Source: Desulfomonilia bacterium
GTDB taxonomy: Bacteria > Desulfobacterota > Desulfomonilia > UBA1062
Length of the DNA: 64,000 nucleotides
NCBI GenBank assembly: GCA_050014195.1
Contig: JBEKDT010000003.1
Location: forward strand, 206,204-270,203
Direction: 5' to 3'
In this document: one piece after another, positions 50,288 to 59,491 of the stretch
Numbering within the stretch: position 1 is the stretch's first letter
Layout: each line of letters begins with the position of its first letter
The notes under the pieces: generated by a model
The model's input: only the letters and a program-made list of their open reading frames with translations
What the model was told of the DNA's origin: nothing
Databases searched by the model: none
Made by a program: the position numbers and the translations under genes

Positions 50288-51352
50288 ATGGACTTTATTG
50301 ACAGGCCAACAAAGATACGGCAGGGAGAAGAACTCGACCTGAATGTGGTTGAGGGGTTTTTGAAGGACACTATACCCGGATTATCCGGGGACCTCATGGT
50401 GGAGCAGTTTCCGAGCGGTTTCTCAAACCTTACATACCTCATCAGGGTGGGGAACACGGACCTGGTACTGAGGAGGCCGCCATTCGGCCGCAAGGCCAAG
50501 ACCGCCCACGACATGGGCAGGGAGTACCGGATACTCAATGCCCTTCATCCTGTCTATCCCTATTGCCCGAAACCGCTTCTGTATACCGAGGACGAGTCCA
50601 TCATGGGCTGCCCATTTTATGTGATGGAGCGCATCAACGGGATCATCCTGAGAAAGAAGCTTCCCAAAGGTCTTGCGTATACCCCGGATCAGATGCGCAC
50701 CCTGTGCGAGAATCTATTGGACGTGCACTACCAGCTCCACGCCATCGACTACAAGGCAATAGGCCTGGATGGGTTTGGAAGGCCTGAAGGTTATGTGAAG
50801 AGGCAGGTGCAAGGATGGTCGGAGAGATACAAGGGGGCCTGGACACCGGACGCGCCGACCTTTGAGAAGGTTATACAATGGCTTTATGACAAGATGCCCC
50901 CTGATTTTGAGAAACCCGCCGTTATCCACAACGACTACAAGTTTGACAATGTGGTGCTCTCACCCGATGATCCTCTCAAGATCATAGGGGTTCTCGACTG
51001 GGAGATGGCAACTATCGGCGACCCGCTTATGGATCTGGGCAACTCGCTCGGTTACTGGGTTCAGGCCGATGACACCCCCGAGGTACAAATGGCAGGTATG
51101 CTCCCCACCAATCTGCCCGGCGCCCTTACCCGCGCAGAGATGGTCAAGCGGTATGCGGACAAGGCGGGCATCACCATCGACAACTTTGATTTCTATCTCT
51201 TCTTCGGGTTCTTCCGTATTGCAGTGATTCTCCAACAGATCTATTACCGCTCCTATCATGGGCAGACCAAAGACGAGCGATTCAAGGTGCTCATCTTCGC
51301 CGTGCATATCATTGACGCAGAATTCAAAAAGCATCTCTCGGGCTATGTATGA
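50288..51352 (+). CDS. APH-like phosphotransferase, ACAD10/11 kinase or LvaA-like
   Basis: GFSNLTY, VLRRPP, HDMGRE, FYVME, HNDYKFDN, LDWEMATIGDPLMDL. Confidence 0.9.
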   Translation: MDFIDRPTKIRQGEELDLNVVEGFLKDTIPGLSGDLMVEQFPSGFSNLTYLIRVGNTDLVLRRPPFGRKAKTAHDMGREYRILNALHPVYPYCPKPLLYTEDESIMGCPFYVMERINGIILRKKLPKGLAYTPDQMRTLCENLLDVHYQLHAIDYKAIGLDGFGRPEGYVKRQVQGWSERYKGAWTPDAPTFEKVIQWLYDKMPPDFEKPAVIHNDYKFDNVVLSPDDPLKIIGVLDWEMATIGDPLMDLGNSLGYWVQADDTPEVQMAGMLPTNLPGALTRAEMVKRYADKAGITIDNFDFYLFFGFFRIAVILQQIYYRSYHGQTKDERFKVLIFAVHIIDAEFKKHLSGYV

Positions 51353-51377
51353 TACATGGCTGCCGGCTTGAATGAAT

Positions 51378-51409
51378 AAGGCGGAGCATGCTGCCCCGCC
51401 TTTTCTTTT
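51378..51409 (+). terminator. Intrinsic terminator between convergent genes
   Basis: AAGGCGGAGCA-TGC-TGCCCCGCCTT followed by TTCTTTT. Confidence 0.65.
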
Positions 51410-51465
51410 AAGACCTGTCTATTCTTTATTCCTTGGGATACATCGCTTTGATCAGTGGTGGAGGC

Positions 51466-52956
51466 TTACAGCTTGGTGAGAGTACCCGGCTTCAACTTTT
51501 CCACGCCTGCCAAGTAATTCACCAGGTGTTCGCGTGACTTGATATCGTACTGTGAGGTGATGGCGATCTCCTCCATGATGGGCGATCCGCCGCCATGATA
51601 GTTCCCGTAGTTCATGGGGCCGGTGAAGCCCGAGCATGAGTAGTCTATAAAGAGCATCCAGAATTTGATCTGATCCTCTACGGATGCGCCTGGGTTGCGG
51701 TTGAGGTACTTCTCCAGGAGAGGCTTGAGCTCCGGGTTCAGGAGGTCGCCTTCGTTGGGGAAGGTGGCGGGTAGACCGCCTGCAATACTGCAGAGCATCT
51801 CCTGCTCTTCGAACACCGCCTCGCCGGTGAGGCACCTGCCCACATTGGCATAGATGGAATTCGGTATGCAGCTGCCCGGGCCATAGGGCACCGGACCCAG
51901 GCCCGGGATATAGACCTCGGGCTTTCCAAAAGCCGATGCCGTATAGCCGGCGGCATAGCCGAGTTCGGTGATCTTGATGAACTCGGCGAGCATCGTCCTG
52001 ATGTGGCCGGTCTTCCTAATGCCGTTGTGCCGTGCGGCCATAGATGCCATGCCGGTCAGCACATCGCCGATCGCCGGCTTGCAGCCCGAGTAGCTGTGGC
52101 GGTGGAACAAGGCGAACAGGAGTGCGCAGATACCGCCGTGGTCGTTCTCGCCACAGAGGAAGACCCTGTCCCAGGGAACAAAGACGTCATCGAAGATCAG
52201 GTATGAATCCGTGTAGCCGCCGGCGAATCCTTTGTGATAGTGCTTGCGCTTCCGGAAATTGTGGATGGACAGTACCTGCTTGACGCCCTCATGATCGGCC
52301 GGGACCGCGAATGCCACGGCATAATCCTTTTCGTCCGGACCGAGCGCCCTGGTGGGGATGACCAGGATCTCGTCGGCTATGGATGCCTCTGATATATGGA
52401 GCTTGCAGCCCCTTACCACGATGCCGTCGCTCCTTTTCTCAACCACATGCAGGTACATGTCCGGATCGGTCTGTTCAATGGGCCTCTTCAGCCGTTCGCC
52501 CTTGATGTCGGTCTGGGCGCAGCAGCCCACAAGGTCATTTTCCTGGAAGTTGGTAAGCCATTTCAGGAAGTTCTTGTGATACTCTGTCTTCCCGCCGTTC
52601 AGCTTGTCGGCTTCGAATGAAGCCGCGTTGACGGCGTTGATGGAGTCTATGCCCATGCAGCGCTGGATGCAGAAGCCGACTTTGCGGCACAGGGCGCGTG
52701 TCATGTTCTGCTTTTTATGGAGATCCTCCGTATTCTGATGGACATGACAGAAGCGGTTGATGGTCTTGCCCGTAAGGTGTGACTTCGCGGTGCATAGATC
52801 CTTGAGCTCCGGGTCTGTGGCAGCATCAAAGGTGACGCCCATGACCTCAAGGGTAGGCATCTGCAGCTCGTCATCACGGTCAATGATTGACCCGTTGTAG
52901 TAGAGATTCCTGCGCATCTTCCCTAACCCTTCGATGTATTGTTTCTTTGTTCTCAT
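51466..52956 (-). CDS. 4-hydroxybutyryl-CoA dehydratase/vinylacetyl-CoA isomerase (AbfD/HpaB-fold) homologue, divergent
   Basis: INRFCH, CIQRC, AQTDIKG, FDDVFVPWDRVFL, HRHSYSGCK, HGGGSP. Confidence 0.85.
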   Translation of the reverse strand: MRTKKQYIEGLGKMRRNLYYNGSIIDRDDELQMPTLEVMGVTFDAATDPELKDLCTAKSHLTGKTINRFCHVHQNTEDLHKKQNMTRALCRKVGFCIQRCMGIDSINAVNAASFEADKLNGGKTEYHKNFLKWLTNFQENDLVGCCAQTDIKGERLKRPIEQTDPDMYLHVVEKRSDGIVVRGCKLHISEASIADEILVIPTRALGPDEKDYAVAFAVPADHEGVKQVLSIHNFRKRKHYHKGFAGGYTDSYLIFDDVFVPWDRVFLCGENDHGGICALLFALFHRHSYSGCKPAIGDVLTGMASMAARHNGIRKTGHIRTMLAEFIKITELGYAAGYTASAFGKPEVYIPGLGPVPYGPGSCIPNSIYANVGRCLTGEAVFEEQEMLCSIAGGLPATFPNEGDLLNPELKPLLEKYLNRNPGASVEDQIKFWMLFIDYSCSGFTGPMNYGNYHGGGSPIMEEIAITSQYDIKSREHLVNYLAGVEKLKPGTLTKL

Positions 52957-52967
52957 ACAAACCTCCG

Positions 52968-53684
52968 TTAGTGATGCTGTTTTTGCATGCGGCGTGTTAT
53001 GGTTTTTTTCGTCTCCTGAGGGGTGTCCGATTTTTCCAATGAGATCCCGTCTTCTCCGATATGCAGGTGTAGCGTGATGCTCTTCGGATGTCTTTGAACC
53101 TTTATGCCGTCGAGTATCAGATCCATGAGCGGGTCGACATGCTCCATGAGATTGGATGGGGTGCCCATAAGATGCATCCTGGTGCAGATGTGTTCGATGG
53201 TCCCTAAGATCATGGACCTGACCAGAAAGGGGTCAATGTCCTTTTTGAAAGTTCCGTCTTCGATGCCTTCCTTGATGCAGGCCAGCAGCATGCGTGCAGC
53301 GCTGCGCACTACCGTGTAGGCCTTGGTTTTCAGAAAGTTCCTGTTGCACTTCAGGTGAAGCATTATGAGATTTGCATACTGCGGGTTTGTTTCGTAGGTG
53401 GCCACGTAGCTCTGCACAATGGCCCTGAGCTTTGACTCGGCCCCGCGCAGGTAAGGCAGGACCTTCTCGGTTTCCCTGATGGAATTCTCCGTAATCTCCT
53501 CGGGAATAGCAAAGAGCAGTTCTTCCTTGCTCTTGAAATACTCATATACGGTTGCATCAGAGACCCCCGCAGCCTTGCTTATCTCAGAGATGGTTGCATC
53601 CTGGAAACCTTTTTCAGCAAAGATCCTCAAGGCGGATTCGATGATCCGGACTCTTCTTGCAGCCTTGGGGTTTATCTTTGTCAT
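52968..53684 (-). CDS. TetR-family regulator (FadR-like)
   Basis: FAEKGFQDATISEISKAAGVSDATVYEYFKSKEELL. Confidence 0.92.
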   Translation of the reverse strand: MTKINPKAARRVRIIESALRIFAEKGFQDATISEISKAAGVSDATVYEYFKSKEELLFAIPEEITENSIRETEKVLPYLRGAESKLRAIVQSYVATYETNPQYANLIMLHLKCNRNFLKTKAYTVVRSAARMLLACIKEGIEDGTFKKDIDPFLVRSMILGTIEHICTRMHLMGTPSNLMEHVDPLMDLILDGIKVQRHPKSITLHLHIGEDGISLEKSDTPQETKKTITRRMQKQHH

Positions 53685-53760
53685 GATATGCTTTGTTTAT
53701 AGTATGACTCTATATTTGTCAAGATAAAATTGACTTCAACTATTTTTTCATGTATGAGAA

Positions 53761-53777
53761 TCATAGTGCAACTATGA
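53761..53777. promoter_or_regulatory. Candidate TetR operator
   Basis: Perfect 7-3-7 palindrome TCATAGT-GCA-ACTATGA in the AT-rich divergent promoter region. Confidence 0.5.
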
Positions 53778-53829
53778 ATTATCCATAATTAACGTATTTT
53801 CAATTTTTGAATTATGAGCACAATGGAAT

Positions 53830-56800
53830 ATGTGTAAGAATATGGTTATGCAAAAGATGAAGCTCCTCATCGCAAACAGGGGCGAGATAGCCATTCGCAT
53901 CGCCCGTGCGGCAGCGGGACTCGGCATACGTACCGTGGCCGTGTATTCGGCTGATGATGCCCAGTCACTGCACACGCGAGCTGCGGACGAGGTTTACGCC
54001 CTGAAAGGCACCGGTACCCCGGCTTACCTTGATAGAGAGCAGATCCTTGCAATGGCCCTGAAGGCCGGCTGCAACGCTGTTCACCCGGGGTACGGATTTC
54101 TCAGCGAGAGTGCAGTCTTTTCCCGTCGATGTGCCGAGGAGGGGCTGACGTTCGTCGGCCCCAGCGTGGAAGTGCTTGAGCTGTTCGGCGACAAAGCAAA
54201 AGCGAGAGCATTTGCCGTGCAGTGCGGTGTTCCCGTACTCCCTGCTACATCGGGAGCCACAAGCCTTGAGGAGGCAAAGGCCTTCTTCTCATCGCTCGGC
54301 AGCAATGCCGCAGTCATGATCAAGGCCCTTGCAGGCGGTGGCGGACGAGGTATGCGGCCGGTCTACAGCCTTGCAGATCTCGATGAGGCCTATGAGCGCT
54401 GTGTCTCAGAGGCGCGTGCTTCCTTCGGGCTTGGTGATGTCTATGTCGAGCGGCTTATCCGGCAGCCCAGGCATATCGAGGTTCAGATTATAGGTGACGG
54501 TACACGGGTGATTCATCTCGGCGAGCGCGAATGTACCCTCCAGCGGCGCAACCAGAAGCTCATCGAGGCGGCCCCGAGCCCGACCCTTTCTCAGGGGCTC
54601 CGGAAAAAGATAACCGATGCGGCGCTGCGTCTCGCACAGGAGGCCCGCTATAAGAGTCTTGGCACCTTCGAGTTCCTCGTCGATTCTACAACCACGGATG
54701 AGGATGCATTCACCTTTCTGGAGGTCAACCCGCGGCTCCAGGTGGAGCACACGGTGACCGAGGAATCAACCGGTGTCGATCTCGTCATGACCCAGATTGA
54801 GATCGCCTCCGGCAGATCGCTCATGGACCTCGGTCTCGCTGAAGGAGTTGCGCAGCCCCGCGGCTATTCGCTCCAGCTTCGCATCAACATGGAGACTTTC
54901 GATGCGAGCGGCAGCGTCAGTCCGGCCGGCGGTACCTTGAAGGTCTATGAGGTGCCGTCAGGGCCCGGCATACGGGTCGATGGATATGGCTATGCCGGAT
55001 ACACGGCCAATCCCGCCTTTGATTCGCTGCTTGCCAAGCTGATCGTCACTTCACGCTCACCTCGATATGAAGACGTGGTTGCAAAGGCCTACCGGGCGCT
55101 CAGGGAATTCCGGATCGAAGGGATCGAGACGAACAGAGAGTTTCTGTCCGGCCTGCTGCGTATGCCGGAGGTGGCCCGGAATGAGGTCTACACACGCTTT
55201 ATCGAAGACAATATCGCTGAGCTTAGGGTGGCTTCCGAAGAGTATCAAACAGGTATCTTCGAGGGGCTGGTGAAAGAGGCCCTCTTAAAAAGCGAAGAAC
55301 CCGCACAAGCGGCACCCGAGGGCACCATCCCGGTGAGGGCGCCCATGCAGGGCCGTGTGGTAAGCCTTGAGGTGGCTGACAATGATGCTGTTGCAGCCGG
55401 ACAGAGGGTGGCGGTGCTCGATGCCATGAAGATGGAGCACGTCATAACCGCAGATCGGAGCGGGTATGTGAGACGCGTGTGCGTGACGCCCTTTGAGGTT
55501 GTCCTCAAAGGGGCCCCGCTTATCTTCCTCGAAGAGGCGCAGATAGAGGCGGGTTTGTCGGATTGTGAGGAGGATTTTGACCTTGATGCGATCCGGCCCG
55601 ACCTTGCCGAGGTCATAGAACGCCACGCATTCGGCCTCGATGAGAAAAGGCCCGAGGCGGTTGCGCGACGGCGAAAGAAGAATCAGCGCACCGCCCGTGA
55701 GAATATCGAGGACCTGTGCGACCCCGGCAGTTTCATCGAGTACGGGGCGCTCCTCCTCGCTGCACAACGGAGGCGCAAGCCGTTGGATGAGCTCATCAGG
55801 ACGACACCTGCCGACGGATTGATCACCGGCATCGGGACGGTCAACGGCCCTTTGTTCGGAGAGGATAAGGCCCGCTGCATGGTTATGGCATATGACTATA
55901 CCGTGCTGGCCGGGACCCAGGGTTTGATGAACCACAAGAAAATGGACCGCATGCTGAGCGTGGCGCACGAATGGCAATTGCCGCTGGCCCTGTTCGCCGA
56001 AGGCGGGGGGGGAAGGCCGAGTGACACCGATGCAAATGTGGTTGCGGCCCTCGATATCACTACGTTCAGCCGGTTTGCGGGCCTCAGCGGGAAAGTCCCG
56101 CTCATAGGCATTGTGTCCGGACCGTGTTTTGCGGGAAACGCTGCATTGCTTGGCTGTTGCGATGTGATCATTGCCACCGAGAATTCCAATATCGGCATGG
56201 GCGGACCCGCAATGATCGAAGGCGGGGGGCTCGGCGTGACCAAGGCTGAAGATATCGGTCCGATTGATGTTCAGACACGTAACGGCGTCGTCGATATTGC
56301 CGTGGCCGATGAGGCCGAAGGGGTGGCAGTCGCGAAGAAATATCTCTCGTATTGCCAGGGCCCGACATCCCTCTGGGAAGCTGCGGACCAGCGCCTGCTT
56401 CGAAGGGTAATCCCGGAAAACAGGGTACGCGTTTATGACATGCACGCTGTTATCGAGATGCTCGCTGATATTGGTTCGGTGTTGGAGCTGCGGCCACATT
56501 TCGGGCCGGGGATGATCACTGCGCTTCTTCGGATCGAAGGGAGGCCCTTCGGCGCAATAGCAAACAATCCCATTCACATGGGCGGGGCTATAGAGGCGGA
56601 AGCGGCGGACAAGGCCGCACGATTCATGCAGCTCTGCAATGCACATGGACTGCCTATCATTTCTCTGTGTGACACACCGGGGTTCATGGTCGGTCCCGAA
56701 ATAGAGACACGTGCTCAGGTCCGGCACGTATGCCGGATGTTTGTTACTGGGGCACATGTACAGGTCCCGTTCTTCACGGTCGTCTTGCGCAAAGGCTATG

Positions 56801-57144
56801 GTCTTGGAGCGATGGCCATGGCGGGCGGCGGCTTCCATGACTCTTTCTTTACCGCTTCCTGGCCCTCGGGTGAATTCGGCGCCATGGGTCTCGAAGGGGC
56901 TGTTAAGCACGCCTTCAGAAAAGAGCTCGCGGCAATTAACGATCCGGCGGAGCGTGAAGCAACCTTCAAGTTTCTCGTAGGCCAGGCCTATGAAGGGGGT
57001 AAGGCCATCAATACGGCTTCTTACCTCGAGATCGACGCCGTGATCGACCCGGCGGATACCCGCATGTGGATCATGCGCGGTTTGAAGTCACTTCCTGCCG
57101 GGTCAACCCCCAAGGCCGGTCGCCCGTTTATCGATACCTGGTGA
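53830..57144 (+). CDS. Single-chain biotin-dependent acyl-CoA carboxylase (BC-BCCP-CT)
   Basis: LIANRGEIA, HPGYGFLSE, GGGGRGM, LEVNPRLQVEH; AMKM biotin site; CT motifs LAGTQG, GGGGRP, DTPGFMVG; start may be 53848 or 53857. Confidence 0.93.
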   Translation: MCKNMVMQKMKLLIANRGEIAIRIARAAAGLGIRTVAVYSADDAQSLHTRAADEVYALKGTGTPAYLDREQILAMALKAGCNAVHPGYGFLSESAVFSRRCAEEGLTFVGPSVEVLELFGDKAKARAFAVQCGVPVLPATSGATSLEEAKAFFSSLGSNAAVMIKALAGGGGRGMRPVYSLADLDEAYERCVSEARASFGLGDVYVERLIRQPRHIEVQIIGDGTRVIHLGERECTLQRRNQKLIEAAPSPTLSQGLRKKITDAALRLAQEARYKSLGTFEFLVDSTTTDEDAFTFLEVNPRLQVEHTVTEESTGVDLVMTQIEIASGRSLMDLGLAEGVAQPRGYSLQLRINMETFDASGSVSPAGGTLKVYEVPSGPGIRVDGYGYAGYTANPAFDSLLAKLIVTSRSPRYEDVVAKAYRALREFRIEGIETNREFLSGLLRMPEVARNEVYTRFIEDNIAELRVASEEYQTGIFEGLVKEALLKSEEPAQAAPEGTIPVRAPMQGRVVSLEVADNDAVAAGQRVAVLDAMKMEHVITADRSGYVRRVCVTPFEVVLKGAPLIFLEEAQIEAGLSDCEEDFDLDAIRPDLAEVIERHAFGLDEKRPEAVARRRKKNQRTARENIEDLCDPGSFIEYGALLLAAQRRRKPLDELIRTTPADGLITGIGTVNGPLFGEDKARCMVMAYDYTVLAGTQGLMNHKKMDRMLSVAHEWQLPLALFAEGGGGRPSDTDANVVAALDITTFSRFAGLSGKVPLIGIVSGPCFAGNAALLGCCDVIIATENSNIGMGGPAMIEGGGLGVTKAEDIGPIDVQTRNGVVDIAVADEAEGVAVAKKYLSYCQGPTSLWEAADQRLLRRVIPENRVRVYDMHAVIEMLADIGSVLELRPHFGPGMITALLRIEGRPFGAIANNPIHMGGAIEAEAADKAARFMQLCNAHGLPIISLCDTPGFMVGPEIETRAQVRHVCRMFVTGAHVQVPFFTVVLRKGYGLGAMAMAGGGFHDSFFTASWPSGEFGAMGLEGAVKHAFRKELAAINDPAEREATFKFLVGQAYEGGKAINTASYLEIDAVIDPADTRMWIMRGLKSLPAGSTPKAGRPFIDTW

Positions 57145-57249
57145 CACGGGAATGGTGCACTATGGTGAAGATGGATGGGCCGAGGTGATGTCGGCATAAA
57201 CACGACGAGGGTCTTCTAGCCCTCACAGAAATACATAGAGGAGACGATC

Positions 57250-58014
57250 ATGGACAAGGTGGATTTCAGCTTAAAGGGAAAGACAGCAGTAGTGACAGGG
57301 GCCAGCAGGGGAATAGGAGAGGCCATAGCCGTAACTTTGGCCGATTACGGGGCGCACTGTATCCTCGTGAGCCGGAAGGCGGATGCGCTGGCAGGGGTAG
57401 CGGAGAAGATCGCAGCCCGAGGGGGCAAGGCTGAGGTAATGGCCTGCCATGTGGGTGACCTCAAGCAGATAGAGGGTCTGTTCGGCCGGATCAAGGAGAA
57501 ACACGGCAAGCTCCATATCCTTATTAACAATGCAGCCACCAATCCCTATTTTGGTGAGATGCTGGGGGCGGATGAGGGGATCTGGACCAAGACCTTTGAT
57601 GTGAACCTGAAGGGGCCGTTCTTCCTGATACAGCATGCAGCCAAGCTCATGGCGGAATCAGGCGGTGGATCAATCGTGAACGTATCCTCTGTCAACGGGG
57701 TGAAGCCTGCGCTGCTCCAGGGGATCTACTCAATCACCAAGGCCGGGCTCATTTCCATGACACAGGCCTTTGCCAAGGAGCTGGCCCACAAGAACATCCG
57801 GGTGAATGCGCTGCTGCCCGGGTTGGTGGACACTCACTTTTCCAAGGCGATCATGGATAATGAAGCCATCCACGACATAGCCGTGAAGATGATCCCCATG
57901 GGGAGGCATGCCCAGCCCATGGAGTTAGCAGGAGTGGTGCTCTACCTGGTATCGGATGCGGCATCGTTTACGACCGGAGCGAGTTTCGTGGTGGACGGCG
58001 GGGCCCTGGCATAG
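57250..58014 (+). CDS. Short-chain dehydrogenase/reductase (DHRS4/FabG-like)
   Basis: TGASRGIG, NNAATNPYFG, YSITK, VDGG. Confidence 0.93.
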   Translation: MDKVDFSLKGKTAVVTGASRGIGEAIAVTLADYGAHCILVSRKADALAGVAEKIAARGGKAEVMACHVGDLKQIEGLFGRIKEKHGKLHILINNAATNPYFGEMLGADEGIWTKTFDVNLKGPFFLIQHAAKLMAESGGGSIVNVSSVNGVKPALLQGIYSITKAGLISMTQAFAKELAHKNIRVNALLPGLVDTHFSKAIMDNEAIHDIAVKMIPMGRHAQPMELAGVVLYLVSDAASFTTGASFVVDGGALA

Positions 58015-58079
58015 CATCAGCGTGCAGATTTATACGATGTACACATACGAGACTAACCAAAACTTAAGAGGGGAACCAT

Positions 58080-59003
58080 ATGAAGATTGAAGACATCAAA
58101 CGAGTGCTCATCCTTGGCGCAGGGACTATGGGCCAGCAGATCGGGCTGCAGTGCGCCATGAACGGATACGAGGTTGTGTATTATGATATCTCACAGGATG
58201 TTCTGGATGACGCGATAAAACGTGTGACCAAGCTCGCCTCCTGGTATGCATCCACCGGACGCCTCACCCAGGAGCAGCTCAAAGAGACCCTTGCAAGGAT
58301 AACCTCAACGATCGACCCGGTAAAGGCGGCCCACGAGGTTGATTTTATCAGTGAGTCGGTGCCGGAAGATCCGGCTCTGAAAGGCAAGGTGTTCGCCCAG
58401 TTCAACAAGCTCTGCCCCGAGCGAACCATCTTTACCACCAATACCTCCTATCTCGTACCCTCCATGTTTGCAGAGGCCTCAGGCAGGCCTGAAAAATTGG
58501 CAGCGCTCCATTTCCACGACCTGAGGATCAGCAATGTCGTGGATGTCATGCCGCATCCGGGAACCGCTCCCGAGGTGACTCGGCTCGTCCATGACTTTGC
58601 CGTGAGCATCGGTCAGATCGTCATCATGCTCCACCGGGAAAACTATGGGTACGTGTTCAATACTATGATCTCGAGCCTCTTCTTCTCGGCCATGACCCTG
58701 GCATCCAAGGACGTCAGCTCTGTTGAGGATATCGACAGGGCCTGGATCGGGATCACCCATATGCCCATCGGCCCCTTCGGCCTCATGGACCAGATAGGTC
58801 TGAAGACGGTATGGACCATCACCGACTACTGGGCCAAGAAGGCGGGAGACCAGCAGTCCCAGCAAAACGCCGATTTCCTTAAACAGTATGTAGACAGGGG
58901 CGAACTCGGTTATAAGACGAACAAAGGCTTCTATTCGTATCCGAAACCTGCATATCAGGATGCGAATTTCCTCACAGGGGAGACAAAGAAGGAGAAATCT
59001 TAA
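58080..59003 (+). CDS. 3-hydroxyacyl-CoA dehydrogenase family
   Basis: GAGTMG, ESVPE...K, TNTS, LHF, GPFGLMD.IGL, G.LGYK..KGFY. Confidence 0.88.
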   Translation: MKIEDIKRVLILGAGTMGQQIGLQCAMNGYEVVYYDISQDVLDDAIKRVTKLASWYASTGRLTQEQLKETLARITSTIDPVKAAHEVDFISESVPEDPALKGKVFAQFNKLCPERTIFTTNTSYLVPSMFAEASGRPEKLAALHFHDLRISNVVDVMPHPGTAPEVTRLVHDFAVSIGQIVIMLHRENYGYVFNTMISSLFFSAMTLASKDVSSVEDIDRAWIGITHMPIGPFGLMDQIGLKTVWTITDYWAKKAGDQQSQQNADFLKQYVDRGELGYKTNKGFYSYPKPAYQDANFLTGETKKEKS

Positions 59004-59017
59004 AAGTCTAATGGTTG

Positions 59018-59052
59018 AGGGACAGGGGGCCCGGATGTGGTTCCCTGTCCCT
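59018..59052 (+). terminator. Hairpin after the dehydrogenase gene
   Basis: AGGGACAGGG / CCCTGTCCCT perfect 10-bp stem; weak U-tract. Confidence 0.45.
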
Positions 59053-59142
59053 TAAACCGTACGCAATAAAATTTTTCACCTCGCATCCGCACCACTACTC
59101 TGCTACAATTTCATTTATTGATTGCATTGAGAAGGGGGCGCT

Positions 59143-59424
59143 ATGCTCAAGAGCAAGGGGTTCTGGTATTTGATGATGGCTGGGGCCGTTTGTGGATGGA
59201 TCTTCACCGTAGCCGGCCTGGTCAAGCCTTACAAGAATGAGACACTCAAGAAGCTCTGGAAATCCATAGCATTCACCTGGTTGTTCGGTCATCCCCTCGA
59301 GCTTCTCGTGTCACGCGGGGTTTGTGCGGCGGCAGGTATCACCCCCCGGAAGGTCCTCATCAAGACTATCGTCTACGGCATCACCTGGTGGCTGCCCATC
59401 AAGCTTGGCGTATTCAAGTCCTAA
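59143..59424 (+). CDS. Small hypothetical membrane protein
   Basis: 93 aa with hydrophobic segments; GAAGGGGG before ATG. Confidence 0.65.
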   Translation: MLKSKGFWYLMMAGAVCGWIFTVAGLVKPYKNETLKKLWKSIAFTWLFGHPLELLVSRGVCAAAGITPRKVLIKTIVYGITWWLPIKLGVFKS

Positions 59425-59491
59425 AGGGGGCTGTTTTCCCAATGACTTTATGTTCTTTACCGTTTAATAACTTCACATGAGGAGCAGCACA

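Noticed and set aside
55285-56910. 541-aa antisense ORF, and similar ones at 10195-11436 and 13253-14128
   Set aside because: Shadow frames of well-supported genes in GC-rich DNA; no recognisable motifs.
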